Source: Eledone cirrhosa (taxonomy: Eukaryota). Taken from it: DNA of 64,000 nt. The notes below the pieces were generated by a model. It saw only the letters and a list, made by a program, of their open reading frames with translations. It had not been told where the DNA came from and searched no databases. Location: positions 301,506,001 to 301,570,000 of the forward strand of contig OZ024742.1 of NCBI GenBank assembly GCA_964016885.1, written 5' to 3'. A program made the position numbers and the translations under genes. Of this stretch, positions 48,782 through 61,646 are shown one piece after another (the stretch's first letter is position 1; each line of letters starts with the position of its first letter).

Positions 48782-50114
48782 TATACAACAATGTCAGATT
48801 TGGATTCCCCACCACCATTAACACTTCACATCTAGGACTTATCAGCACCCACAACTACACACTCTTTGATCAACCCTTTCCTCTACACAACTCCAACTTA
48901 TACCTAACCTTATGCTCTGTAATAACAGTTAGAATTAAACATAAAGTTAGCACCTTGTAATATAACTACAATAGATTAATTATATTATATACAGTAATGG
49001 ATATTTAGTATGTAAAGACATTTAATGTAATATGTGATAATAAACTATATATACATTTATAATTAAATATTTAAATTAATAACATGCATATAAGGGATCT
49101 ACCTTTAGCACAACATAATAATAATAAAGTATATATACATTTATAATTAAATATAAAATGTAATAGCATTGTATATTAGGGATCAACTTTTAAAACAATA
49201 ATGTATATTATTACACATATAACATATCTATTTTGACATATTAACAGCTATACAATTCTTCATAACATATACCTTGTCCAGTAATGAATAGATAACAATC
49301 TAAAGAGGCCTTTAATGTATTATAGTAAAATACACTGTATTTAAAATCAAGTATAAATATATAGCATAATGTAATAGAGATTCAATGGAATCACATTATA
49401 ATTTGTATTAGAGCAAAGAATTTAAATAACTGAATTGAATGTAATTAGCTAGTTACCTCCCCTTACGCATTAGCTCCCCTCATTCACTTCCGTAAATTAA
49501 CGATTGGAAAATTTACTGGTTGATCAACTATAGTCCATGAATATGAATATAATAAGACTAATTTACAATCCATTGCTCTAACTAACTTAAAACATTCAAT
49601 ATAAACATTAACTAAAATTTAATTCAACATATGTGATGGAAAAGACTGCAAAAACTTTATGTTTCTCAACACACACAAATTCAAACACCATCAACATACT
49701 ATATCCACCATAGACTTTAATGCATTAACATATTTGCTTAAAGTGCAGTATTTATTTATCTATATATGCATAATAACTTTGCTTGTTTCCTTCTCATATA
49801 TATGACTAACGCATGTGCACTCTCCACATGCCTACATATGTATTGTTAATGGACTATTATTCCTTTCTCAAAACTTCTTTCTCAATGCCTCTTTAATTAT
49901 TGGACTATTCTTTTGTTTTATCTGTTGCATGTATTCCACTCTGTGCTTTTAATTTGAATTTGAATTTGTTTACAATTATTGTACAATTCTCGTAAAATAT
50001 ATGTCACATCCATTCCACCCTGTAAATACGAAACTGTTGCTCACAACATCAATATATATGTATCTATATTATTGTTCAGTTGAATAGGAATTTAATTATA
50101 TGTACAAACATTGA

Positions 50115-50168
50115 TAATGCTCCGATGATTTCAACCGAGAGTTTGGAAGAAACGATTGTCAGCTATTA
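50115..50168 (+). ncRNA. Type I hammerhead ribozyme variant in the pLTR downstream of the 48455 GIY-YIG
   Basis: TAATGCT-CCGATGA-TTTCAACcgagaGTTTGGAA-GAAAC-GATT-GTC-AGCTATTA; core has U4->C. Confidence 0.65.
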
Positions 50169-50407
50169 AATGATTTGAACACAACTTTGATAATTGTCTA
50201 ATTTATTTATTTTCATTTATTTTCCTGCTCTGTAAAACAACTGATGTTCTTACATTGAGCTATTTCTCTTACTGGTAATAAGGTAGTAGGAAATTACTGA
50301 CCTTTCCTGTTTATAGTTGTTTATAGTATATACATAACTATAAACAGTATTATTATTATATATATATGGTATATTTGTGTGTGTGTGTATATATATATAT
50401 ATATACA

Positions 50408-50638
50408 AATGTATGTATAGTATATTTGGCAATATACCGTATGTTTAATTAAAAACATTTAGAAGACCTTGTACTATCATTTTAAAGTAGTGACTATGTC
50501 ACTTCTTTTTTCGGCAAAGGAAGAGTGCCGAAAAAAGAAGTAAGTGACATAGTAACTACTTTAAAATGATAGTACAAGGTCTTCAAAATGTTTTTGATTA
50601 AACATACGGTATATTGCCAAATATACTATACATACATT
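50408..50638. repeat. Long near-perfect palindrome (~110-bp arms, 9-nt loop)
   Basis: Centre reads TTTTTTCGGCA-aaggaagag-TGCCGAAAAAA. Confidence 0.88.
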
Positions 50639-50673
50639 CATGTATACATCGCTATTTCAGAGCACCAATCCTA

Positions 50674-50707
<34 letters not shown>

Positions 50708-50719
50708 TGTATATTTGTA

Positions 50720-50736
<17 letters not shown>

Positions 50737-50751
<15 letters not shown>

Positions 50752-52860
50752 AATGAAATATTGTGTACAGTGCTCAGGTGCACTACAACTCATCAAAAAG
50801 TGTATGTATAGTACATAGGGTAAATGTACAAACGTCAGGAAAATGAACAGTGCATGAGTCATGATACACACGTGTGCATGTGTATGGAAGGGGTACATCA
50901 GGTGTAGTTTTGGCGTATTTCGGGAAGCATGAGTATCTTAAAGGATGCAGTGTCTCGACAGCTAACAACTGACGCAGGCAGTTTGTTCCATGCTTCAGCA
51001 ACTCTGAGCGTGAAAAAATGTTTACGAAAGTCATGGGAGCTGTGCTGTTTTCTGATTTTGTAAGGCATGTCCACGTGTGTTAGACACATGGAGATCAACA
51101 AGGTGCTCAGGGTTGTTGTTGGCGAGATGGTTAATAACTTTGTGGGTATTTACCAAGTCCATTGCCAGACGTCGGAGCTTCAATGAATCCATGCCCAGGG
51201 AAGCAAGGCGTTCAGAGTATGGTAGGTGTCTGATGGAGGGTATGCGCTTGGTTGCACGTCTCTGAACAGATTCCAGGCGGTCAATGTTCTGAGCAAGATA
51301 GGGGTTCCAGACTGATGATGCGAATTCCAAGTGTGGTCGTACCATAGCTGTATACAGTTTTAAATAGATGGCTGGAGAGCAGTTAACAAAGGTCTTGCTG
51401 AGTGATGCCAAGACACCCTCGGCCTTTTTGACAATCTTAGAGACATGCTTTGTCCAATGCAAATCGCTGCTGACAGTAATGCCCAGGTCACGTTCACAAG
51501 AGGACTTCTTGATATCAGTGTTGTAGAGGGAGTATGTGGATGCTGGATTTTTCCTCCCAAAATGCATGTGGTACACTTGTCCACAGCCAGCTTCAGTTGC
51601 CAGTCTGTGATCCATTGCTGCATTGTGTCCAGGTCTGATTGTAGGAAAGAGTTGTAGATTTCAGGATCAGTCCTTTTGATTTCAAGGTACAGCTTGATGT
51701 CATCTGCATATTTCAGTACCATGGCATTCTATAAGTTGGCATCTATGTCATTAATATATGCCACAAACAAAAGGGGACCAAGAACAGATCCCTGTGGTAC
51801 ACCAGATGACATCTCATATGGTGAAGAATGCTGTCCTAGAACCGTGACTACATCTTTTCGGCTGAGAATGAAGGATTTCAACCAGTCGAAAAGATCATCC
51901 CTCACACCAATTGCAGAGAGTTTTGCCATAAGTCTTTTGTGTGGCACAGAATTAAAAGCCTTAGCAAAGTCAAGGTAAACAACATCCACCCATGAGCCGC
52001 TGTCAGTGATCCGGGTGATGTCTTCAAGGAACTCGATAAGCTGATCACAGCAGCTGGAGTTAGGGATAAATCCAAACTGTGAGGGCCGGATGAGGCTGTG
52101 AGAGCTCCAGAAGTTCCAAAGTGTTTCTCTGACACAGGATTCCATCAGTTTGGCCATACAGCTAGTAAGACTGACTGGACGATAGTTGACAGGTGACATG
52201 TGGTTGCCCTTTTTGAACAGGGGAATGACACTGGCAGTTTTCCACTGCTCCGGAGTAGCACCATTGTTGAGACAGTATTGAAAGAAGAAAGAAAGCTGGC
52301 GCAAAAGGAAATAGCCGCCACGTTTGAGAAGCAGGTATGTAACACCATCAAGACAAGGGGAGGCATAGTTGCGCTTATTCTTAAGGTGACGTCGCAACAT
52401 TGCAGGTGTAAATTCCATAGTTGTTATAGAATTTGATGTTAGAGATGGTGGAGAAGGTACATTCTGGTTTTCAACCGTAAAAATACTTGCATAGCACTCA
52501 GCAATGAGATCTGCGCATTCTTTGGGATCGTCAGTGATCTGGCTTGTGTGGGGATTGCGAAGAGGACCAACTGGAGAGTGAGGTCTCTGCTTTGAATGAA
52601 CATATTTCCAGAACACCTTACTGTCAGGATTGGTTGCTATGCACTGTTCAAATTCAAGCACTGCCTTCTTTGTCACTTGCTTGAGATGGTTAGAAGATTT
52701 ATTCCGCTTTTTTCTGTTGGCATCTGATTTATGCAGTTTATATTCCCGTTCAGCGTTCCGACGTTCTTTCCTGGCAAGTCGGACCACTGAAGTTTCCCAA
52801 ATTGCACTTTTGGGGTGGTTTTTTTTCTGCTTATGTGGCACCGATGCTGCACACGCTATC
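50737..52860 (-). mobile_element. CR1-group LINE, 5'-truncated and frameshifted, with an (ATT)n tail
   Basis: NYRPVSLTS, YLDFAKAF, SGVPQGSVLGPLLF, YADD, VRPHLEFASSVWNP, LESVQRRATK, TRGH. Confidence 0.9.
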
Positions 52861-52879
52861 CATATATATATTTGATGCT

Positions 52880-53220
52880 ACAATAACAGTATCAACACCA
52901 TTGTCTGCAGCAACAGCAGCAGTGAAATGAAGAACAACAACAACACCATTGTCTGTGTTGAATGTGTGTGTATGTATGTATTTATATATATGCGACTACA
53001 ATAACAGCATAAACACCATTGTCTGCAGCATCAGTGAAGAACAACAACAACGGCAGCAGCAGCAACAACAACAACAACAGCAACAACAACAGCAACAGCA
53101 GCAGCAACTACAATAACAACTACAGCAACAACAACTGCCAACACCATCACTGACCATCCACCACTATCACCATACTGACACCATCCACCACCATCACCAC
53201 CACCACCACCATTACCAGCG
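52880..53220. repeat. (CAA/CAG/CAC)n low-complexity block with a repeated AACACCATTGTCTG motif
   Basis: Seen directly in the sequence. Confidence 0.7.
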
Positions 53221-53604
53221 TAAAGCAATCAATTATTATATAAAAATAATAATTGATTGACTTTGCCTTTCATCCTTACGGGGTCGATAAAATAAAGTAC
53301 CAGTAATGAACTGGGTAATTGCTGGCCTTGTGCCTAAAGTAGAAACAATTATTATTATATAAAAAACTGAACTGGACTGGGAAAAGTCAACAGTTGACAT
53401 GATTTTGATTTTGTATCAGTACTGTCGGTAATATATATATATATATATATGTGTGTGATTGTGAGTGGTGTGTGTGTTTGTATGCATGAATGAGTGTTGG
53501 TATGTGAGTGGCGTGTGTGTTTGTGGTTTGTATGCATGAGTGTTGGTGTGTGAGTGTGTGTGTGTGTGTCGTGTCAATAAGTGTTTTTTTTGTTTTGTTT
53601 TTTT

Positions 53605-56600
53605 TTAATGACCATGCTGTAAAATGGAGGGGTAGAGAGGGCCCTTGAGTCTAGTAAGACATCCTCTCTAGTGCTGGTGGCACAAATAAAAGCACCCAGT
53701 CCATGCTGTAAAGTGGCGCTGGTGTTAGGAAGGGCATCCAACCAGTGTATCAATGCCAAAACGCTTATCAGCACAGCAACAAATAGGAACAACAACAAAA
53801 TATGAGACGTCGCATCTCAGAGTTGCAACACTTAATGTTGGCACTCTCAGAGGTAGATCTGCTGAAATAGCGGAGATGCTGGAGAGAAGGCATGTGGATG
53901 TGTGCTGCGTGCAAGAGGTGAGATGGAGAGGTGCCTCTGCAAGACTAGTCATAGGCAAACGTCTTAGCTATAAGCTATTCTGGGTAGGTAAGGATGATGG
54001 GTTAGGGGGAGTAGGCATTTTCCTGGCTGAGAAATGGATCAATAAGACAATAGAGGTAGTTTGAGTTAGTAATCGAATAATTAAGCTTAGATTAGTTGTA
54101 GGCAGGAGACTACTGAAAATCATCTCTGCCTATGCTCCCCAAGCAGGCCTAGGTAAAGATGAGAAAGACTGCTTTTACGAGCAACTTTTACAAACAACCA
54201 CAATGACAGAGGACGGGGACATCGTTATGCTAGCAGGAGACTTCAATGGTCATGAAGGACAGCTCCAGGATGGTTACACTTGGGTACATGGTGGCCACGG
54301 TTACGGCTCAAGAAATGAAGAAGGAGTGAGACTTCTTGAATTTTGTGATGCGGGTACATTGACTATTTGCAACACAAACTTCCAGAAACCTGCCAATCAC
54401 CTAATAACCTACAAATCTGGTGAACACATAAGCCAGATTGACTTCTTACTAGTTAGGCAGCGGGACAGGCAGATAGTGTCTAATACCAAGGCATACCCTG
54501 GAGAAGAATGTACCCCACAGCATAGGTTAGTCGTTAGTGATATCTCAGTAAGCAAGAGATGGAATGAGACATACAGGAAGGTGTGGAGAAGAAAGGTCTG
54601 GAAGCTAAAAGACCTTTCACTAAAATACAAATTTAGGAAAGCCCTTCAAGATGTATATGATGAAAAAGAAGACGATTTAGAGACGTATGACATAGATAAT
54701 AACTACGTGACAACTTGCTGCAGACTACTGATGAAACTTGTGGCTGCAGCAGAGCTCCAACCAGGCAGAGAGTGAGCTGGTGGTGGAACAGCACAGTAGA
54801 TAAGGCCATTAGAGACAAAATACTGGCATGGAAGGCTTGGAAAAAGGGTGGGAGTAGGGAAGAATATACAGCCACTAAGAGAGAAGCTAGACGTCAGGTG
54901 TACTTAGCACGCAGGGAGGCAGAGAGTAGGAAGTTTGCCAATGTTCTGTGACGGGAAGATCAGAGGTGTCCGGTGTTCCACATTGCAAGGCAGTGTTCTC
55001 AATGCAAATCAGGATGTTGTTGGAGATAAATGTGTCCAGGATGATGCCGGTGTACTTAGTGTCACGAATGATCAGAAAAAGGAGGCCTGGAAATGTCATT
55101 ATGAGAGACTGATGAATGCGGAGAACGAATGGGAGAGAGAGAAATTACCCTTAGTAGATCCGACAGAGGGACCAGCTATTGAGATTGACGAATATAGGGT
55201 CCAAGAGGCGATTAGGGAAATGAAAAATTATAAGGCTGCTGAACCATCGGGAATAGTTGCTGAGATGCTGAAGGCATCAGAGGATGTAGGCACTAAACTG
55301 GTTGCACGCATCATCAATCAGGCTATATATGGTGGTGTCATATCCAAAGACTGGTGCAGCAGTATTCTCATAAATTGATACAAATGTAAAGGCGATGCTC
55401 TGGAGAGGAGCAATTATAGGGGTATAAAACTGATGGATCAGGTTATGAAAGTGGCAGAAGGATATTAGCACAACTAATTAGAGAAAAGGTCAAACTAGAT
55501 GAGATGCAGTTTGGTTTTGTGCCTGGGAAGAGTACAACAGATGCCCTCTTCTTGGTGAGACAATTGCAAGAGAGGTTCTTAGAAAAAAATAAGCCACTAT
55601 ACTTAGCCTTTGTTGACCTAGAGAAGGCCTTTGATAGGGTACCCCGATCTGTCATCTGGTGGTCCCTAAGAAAGCTAGGTGTTGAGGAATGGCTTGTGAG
55701 GACAGTGCAAACTTTGTACAGAGGTACTCTCAGTAAAGTCAGGGTAGGAATGGAGTTTAGTGAGGAATTCCAGATACAAGTAGGAGTACATCAAGGTTCG
55801 GTCCTCAGCCCGCTCTTGTTCATTATCGTCCTCCAAGCCAAAACAGAGGAGTTTAAGACTGGCTGACCATGGGAACTTCTCTATGCTGACGATCTGGTTC
55901 TTATAGCAGAATCAGTAGAGGAGCTAGAGAATAAATTCTGGCTATGGAAACAGCAGTTGGAAGCAAGAGGACTGAGAGTGAACCTAGCTAAGACAAAAGT
56001 GTTGATGAGTAGAAAAGAGGACAAAACTCTGATTCCGTCAGGGAAATGGCCATGTTCGATATGCAGGAAAGGAACTGGCATAAATTCTATAAAATGCACA
56101 CAATGCAAATCCTGGGTACACAAGAGATGTAGCGGGATAGCAGGCAAACTAACAGGTAAGGAGAAATATGTATGCAGTAGATGTACAGGGAAATTAGACA
56201 GTAGAAGTCGCATTGATAGACACATTTTTCAAATGCGAGAGGGCGCTATAGAAGTGGTGGACAGCTTCCGGTACCTAGATCAGATTAGCATGGGAGGAGG
56301 GTGTTCTGAGGCCATAGTATCTAGAATAAGGACAGGCTGGAAGAAGTTTAGGGAGCTGCTGACGAAGAAGGGTTTCTCCCTGCCTACAAAAGGCCGGTTG
56401 TATGATGCCTGTGTGAGGAGCGCGATGCTGCATGGTAGTGAGACATGGGCAGCAACTGCAGAGGATATGCGACGGCTGGAGAGAAATGAGGCAAGCATGC
56501 TCCGTTGGATGTGCAGTGTAAATGTGCATGAACGACCCAGCATAAATGTGTTGAGAGAGAAACTGTGTCTGAGAGGGATAGAATGTAGTGTACGGGAGAG

Positions 56601-56875
56601 GAGACTGAGGTGGAATGGACATGTGATGCGCATGGAGGATGACCGATGGGTGAAGAAGTGCCAGGAAATGCCAGTTGAAGGAAGACGTGGTAGAGATAGA
56701 CCACGAAAAACATGGGCGGATGTGGTGAGAACAGACCTCAGATGATTGAAGCTCATGGTGGAGATGACGAAGGACCATGACGAGTGGAGAGATGCTGTGC
56801 TGAATAAGATCCGTCCCACCCTTGCAAGCAGGGAAAAGTGGACGTAAAATGATGATGAAGATGATGATGATGATA
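53605..56875 (+). mobile_element. RTE family 3, near full-length but degenerate (5' UTR, APE, RT, PHD-like finger, very short 3' end)
   Basis: ATLNVGTL, CVQEVRW, AGDFNGH, QIDFLL, QHRLVVSD and RT motifs, with several stops and frameshifts. Tail GGACGTAAAA(TGA)n. Confidence 0.92.
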
Positions 56876-56966
56876 TAATATATAATGGACCTGTTATTTT
56901 TGTCTAAAGTCATTTTTTCCAATTCCATCCCGGACGTCCCCTCAATCTATTTTATTTCTCATTCTT

Positions 56967-57002
56967 TCTTCTGATGAAGGACTAGCGTCCGAAACGTTAA
57001 GA
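56967..57002 (+). ncRNA. Minimal type I hammerhead ribozyme in a short pLTR-like remnant (~56880-57045)
   Basis: TCTT-CTGATGA-AGGACtagcGTCC-GAAACGTT-AAGA. Confidence 0.8.
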
Positions 57003-57068
57003 CCCTCTCCTGCTATATCAAGCGTTAACCTAATATATACCTTCCATATATATATATATATATATATA

Positions 57069-58181
57069 TCATCATCATCATCATCATCATCATCATTTTA
57101 CGTCCGCTCTTCCCAGCTTGCAAGGGTGGAACGGGTCTTATTCAGCACAGCATCTCTCCACTTGTCACAGTCCTTCGTCATCGCCACCATGAGCTTCAGC
57201 GATCTGAGGTCTGTTCTCACCACCTCCACCCATGTTTTTTGTGGTCTACCTCTACCACGTCTTCCTTCAACTGGCATTTCCTGGCACTTCTTCACCCATC
57301 GGTCATCCTCCATGCGCATCACATGTCCATTCCACCTCAGTCTCCTCTCCCGTACACTACATTCTATCCCTCTCAGACACAGTTTCTCTCTCAACACATT
57401 CATGCTGGGTTGTTCATGCACATTGACACTGCACATCCAACGGAGCATGCTTGCCTCATTTCTCTCCAGCCATTGCATATCCTCTGTAGTTGCTGCCCAT
57501 GTCTCACTTCCATGCAGCATCGTGCACAGGCATCATACAACCGGCCTTTCGTACGCAGGGAAAAACCCTTCTTCGTCAGCAGAGGAAGCAGCTCCCTAAA
57601 CTTCTTCCAACCCGTCCTTATTCTAGATACTATGGCCTCGGAACAACCCCGCCCCCCCCCTCCCATGGTAATCTGATCACCTAGATACCGGAAGGCACCC
57701 ACCACTTCTATAGCACCCGCCTGCATTTGAAAAATGTGTCTATCAATGCGACTTCTACTGTCTAATTTCCCTGTACATCTACTGCATACATATTTCTCCC
57801 TACCTGTTAGTTTGCTTGCTATCCCACTACATCTCTTGTGTACCCAGGATCTGCATTGTGTGCATTTTATAGAATTTATGCCAGTTCCTTTCCTGCATAT
57901 CGAACATGGCCATTTCCCTGACGGAATCAGAGTTTTGTCCTCTTTTCTACTCATCAACACTTTTGTCTTAGCTAGGTTCACTCTCAGTCCTCTTGCTTCC
58001 AACTGCTGTTTCCATAGCCAGAATTTATTCTCTAGCTCCTCTACTGATTCTGCTATAAGAACCAGATCATCAGCATAGAGAAGTTCCCATGGTCAGCCAG
58101 TCTTAAACTCTTCTGTTATGGCTTGGAGGACTATAATGAACAAGAGCGGGCTGAGGACCAAACTTTGATGTACTCCTACTT
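57069..58181 (-). mobile_element. RTE family 3, 5'-truncated copy, tail-to-tail with 53605-56875
   Basis: Reverse complement of ~55778-56850. Confidence 0.9.
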
Positions 58182-58245
58182 GGGACAAACTCATCTAACC
58201 CATGCTAACGTGGAAGCTAGATGTTAATTGATGATGAGGATGAAG

Positions 58246-58292
<47 letters not shown>

Positions 58293-58503
58293 CAGGATGG
58301 ATTCATTTTGAAACATGCTAGACCATTACTCAACAGAGTACTCAATACTTGGGGTAGTAGAGTATGATTATGTTATAAAGAATCGGGACCTCGATGACTG
58401 AGCTCTACCATTGGGGTCCTGACTTTTTATAATATATATATATATATAGAATAATATATATATATATATAGAAGTAGTAACACAACAGTTAATTCACCAT
58501 ACC

Positions 58504-58540
58504 GAGAACAATTGTTTCACCTTATGCAGATCTTCAGCTC
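58504..58540 (-). ncRNA. Minimal hammerhead within inverted repeat 58469-58534/58740-58805
   Basis: GAG-CTGAAGA-TCTgcataAGGT-GAAAC-AATT-GTT-CTC. Confidence 0.65.
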
Positions 58541-58905
58541 AGACTGGTCATGATTATACGGAACAGGAAGAACAACCGTATGAATGCGCATACACAGAAA
58601 AGGTCATTTCACCCAAGCGATACAAAACCACGGGCGAAAGGTGTAAGGGAGATAACTGCAAAAGTCCGGAATAAAATGTTCGAGTTGATTAGAAAATTAG
58701 AATGTTGTTGTTATTCAATCCGGAACTTTGTAGTTATGCAAGATCCGCATAAGGTGAAAAAATTGTTCTCGGTATGGTGAACTAACTGTTGTGTTACTAC
58801 TTCTACCAAACTCGTCCCATGAACTGAGTGCTCCAGCACTACGGATATTACCTTCCAGTGTTCTACCTCTCTCTCTATATATATATATATAATTCAAATT
58901 TATAG

Positions 58906-59554
58906 ATCATCATCATCATCATCATCATCATCAACGTTTAACGTCCGTGTTCCACGCTTGCATGGGTTTGGACGGGGGTATTCCCACTTGAGGCAAGAGT
59001 GATTGTCTTGCTCGCATAGGACTGTCTGGCAGGTTTTCTACAGTTGGATGCCCTTCCTAACACCAACCACATTTACAGTGTGGGACTGGGAGGTTTTTAC
59101 CGTGTTGCCTACACGGCCACATTACAGCGTGGACTGTGTGTTTTTTTGTCGTGACACCTACACGATCTCATTTGTTTCGGCCTGGATGTTGTGGCACCAA
59201 CATAACTTTACATAGGAAGGGGTGGTGTGGATGGGGGTGGTGGGACGGGGTTGTTAGAGATGCCTACTGGCTGTAGTAGGTTTTACTATGTATTTAGGTA
59301 AAGCGGGTCTTCTCTATTACTGAGTACCGCCAAAGGTCTCGGTCCAGTGACATTGTCTTGGAGAGGTGTAAGTGTGTGAGGTCAGAGTTTATCAGCTCGT
59401 CCCAGGATTTTCTAGGTCTGCCTATTCCGTGGCTACCGTCTATCTTTATTGCCCTGCACTTTGTTATACAGCTATCGACTTTCATGCGCATCATGTGTCC
59501 GTACCAACGTAGCCTTCTCTCGAGTAAACAACATCTGATCCCTCTTATTTCTAA
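58906..59554 (-). mobile_element. RTE family 1, 3' fragment
   Basis: Near-identical to 29428-30085. Confidence 0.9.
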
Positions 59555-59671
59555 ATGTATATATAAAGAGAGAAAGAACCATATATCTTAAGAGAAAACA
59601 TAGTATCTTGTACACACACAAAAAGCATATATATCAAGGAAGAATACGTATTTCAGATGGAAAAAGTTCTT

Positions 59672-59799
59672 ATTCCTTATGGTCATTTCATGATACGAGG
59701 CGAACCAAAACTTAAATTCGATCTAAGCAATCAATCATTGATCACCCACTATCAATTTTGGTTAAGTTATGGGAGAAGCGAATCAATCATCAGAGGAAT
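59672..59799 (-). ncRNA. Type I hammerhead with a ~97-nt stem II region
   Basis: ATTCCT-CTGATGA-TTGAT...ATCAT-GAAAT-GACC-ATA-AGGAAT: perfect 6-bp stem I. Confidence 0.65.
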
Positions 59800-59942
59800 T
59801 ATGTCTGCTATATAAATGAATTAAATATTGTTGCAATACAGTATATAGTACAAAATACCTGTCTATATCTGCTAGGGTTCGTGAGCTATCCCAACGTGAA
59901 ATATCATACATAATTGATATGTTATGATACCTTAAATTTGTA

Positions 59943-59975
<33 letters not shown>

Positions 59976-60083
59976 TGCAAAACGGTTGATGAAACTGCAG
60001 TAGGGACTTTGAAGAAAAAATAAGTAATTCTTTACATATTGTTTCCTCGCATTTATAATTTGATATATATATATATATAAAAG

Positions 60084-60688
60084 TTAAATATAAGTATGTA
60101 TACGTACATACATATATGTATACAGACGTACAGTAGTATGTATATATATACATACATGCACAAATATATATATGTACGTATGGATTCACCAAACATTAAT
60201 TATAATGCTCGGTGTGTCTGTAAACAAACATCCCGTATTAAGCAGTACAGTATCTAGCAACGACCGTTGCTCGTTTGTTCAACACTGACAAAGGAACGCT
60301 GTACTAGTTTTAAGCTTGTTAGCTATCGTCAGCAACGTATACCTTCCTGCCAGATAGTTGAACGTCCGAAAGTATATACTTTCCTTATGCGTATTAACGG
60401 CCCAATTTGCATATCGAGTGGGTTAATCGGCCGGGTGCACCGAAAACGATAAACGGAAAAAAATGAAACAAAATTTTATTTCCCACTCTTAGTACGGCTG
60501 TTACTTAAATATAAGTATGTATACGTACATACATATATGTATACAGACGTACAGTAGTATGTATATATATATACATACATGCACACATATATATATGTAC
60601 GTATGGATTCACCAAACATTTATTATAATGCTCGGTGTGTCTGTAAACAAACATCCCGTATTAAGCCGTAGTGTCTAGCAACCACCGT
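60084..60688. repeat. ~185-bp direct duplication (60084-60268 and 60505-60688) around a CpG-rich spacer
   Basis: TAAATATAAGTATGTATACG...CCCGTATTAAGC...TCTAGCAAC occurs twice. Confidence 0.85.
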
Positions 60689-61093
60689 TATAAACTATAA
60701 CAGAATAAATTACAAGTTTTATTGTAAAAAATGCAAATGTCTTTTGTGGTTATGAAAAGAGAGGGGAAAGCAACTGCCCTAGGGTCATAGGAGAAGGCTG
60801 TGGGCCTAGGGCACAGCAGTATTGGGGCTATATATATTGGTATATATATATTGTTTTCATTATTGCTATACTTACCTGAGTTCAAATCCCGCCGAGGTTT
60901 ACTTTGCCTTTCATCCTTACGGGGTCGATAAAATAAAGTACCAGTAATGTACTGGAATAATTGCTGGCCTTGTGCCAAAAAGTAGAAACAATTATTGCTA
61001 TACTTACCATGTTTGCTCAGTTTGTGAAATACACATACACACGTGCATATATGCGCACACACTCTCCCACACGCTCACACACACACATACACG

Positions 61094-61159
<66 letters not shown>

Positions 61160-61646
61160 ACACAGAGAAACAGAGAAACAGAAATGTGTGTAACACTGTT
61201 ACAACAACATTACAAAATGACGAAATAACAGTGACAGCCTTTGCAGACGTTGAATTAAATAACAAAAAGGGAAATAATAAACTAAAAAATATGAATAAGA
61301 AATTCAAAGAAAAAAACAACAACTAGAGAATTAGAAACTGTCCCGATATTTGTAAGTGACTCATCAATTATGAGAGATAAATTGGAGTGGGTTACTACAG
61401 AATAAAGCTACCTAGATGACCTGACTTACAATAATAATATATACACTATATTACTTTAATGTTAACAAACCTGCTTTTATTGATAAATTAAACAAATTAC
61501 TGTATTATGTAGTATATAAAGTAGTAGGAAAAAGGTTATTTACATGATCACAGCATAAAATAACCATAGTGGGACTTACGTATGTTTGTTATACATAAAA
61601 ATATTGTAAATGTATACATACATACATGTATATATATATATATATA

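Noticed and set aside
55864-55866. TGA replacing Cys in two RTE copies as possible selenocysteine recoding
   Set aside because: Both copies carry other lesions and no SECIS was recognised; shared ancestry explains it.
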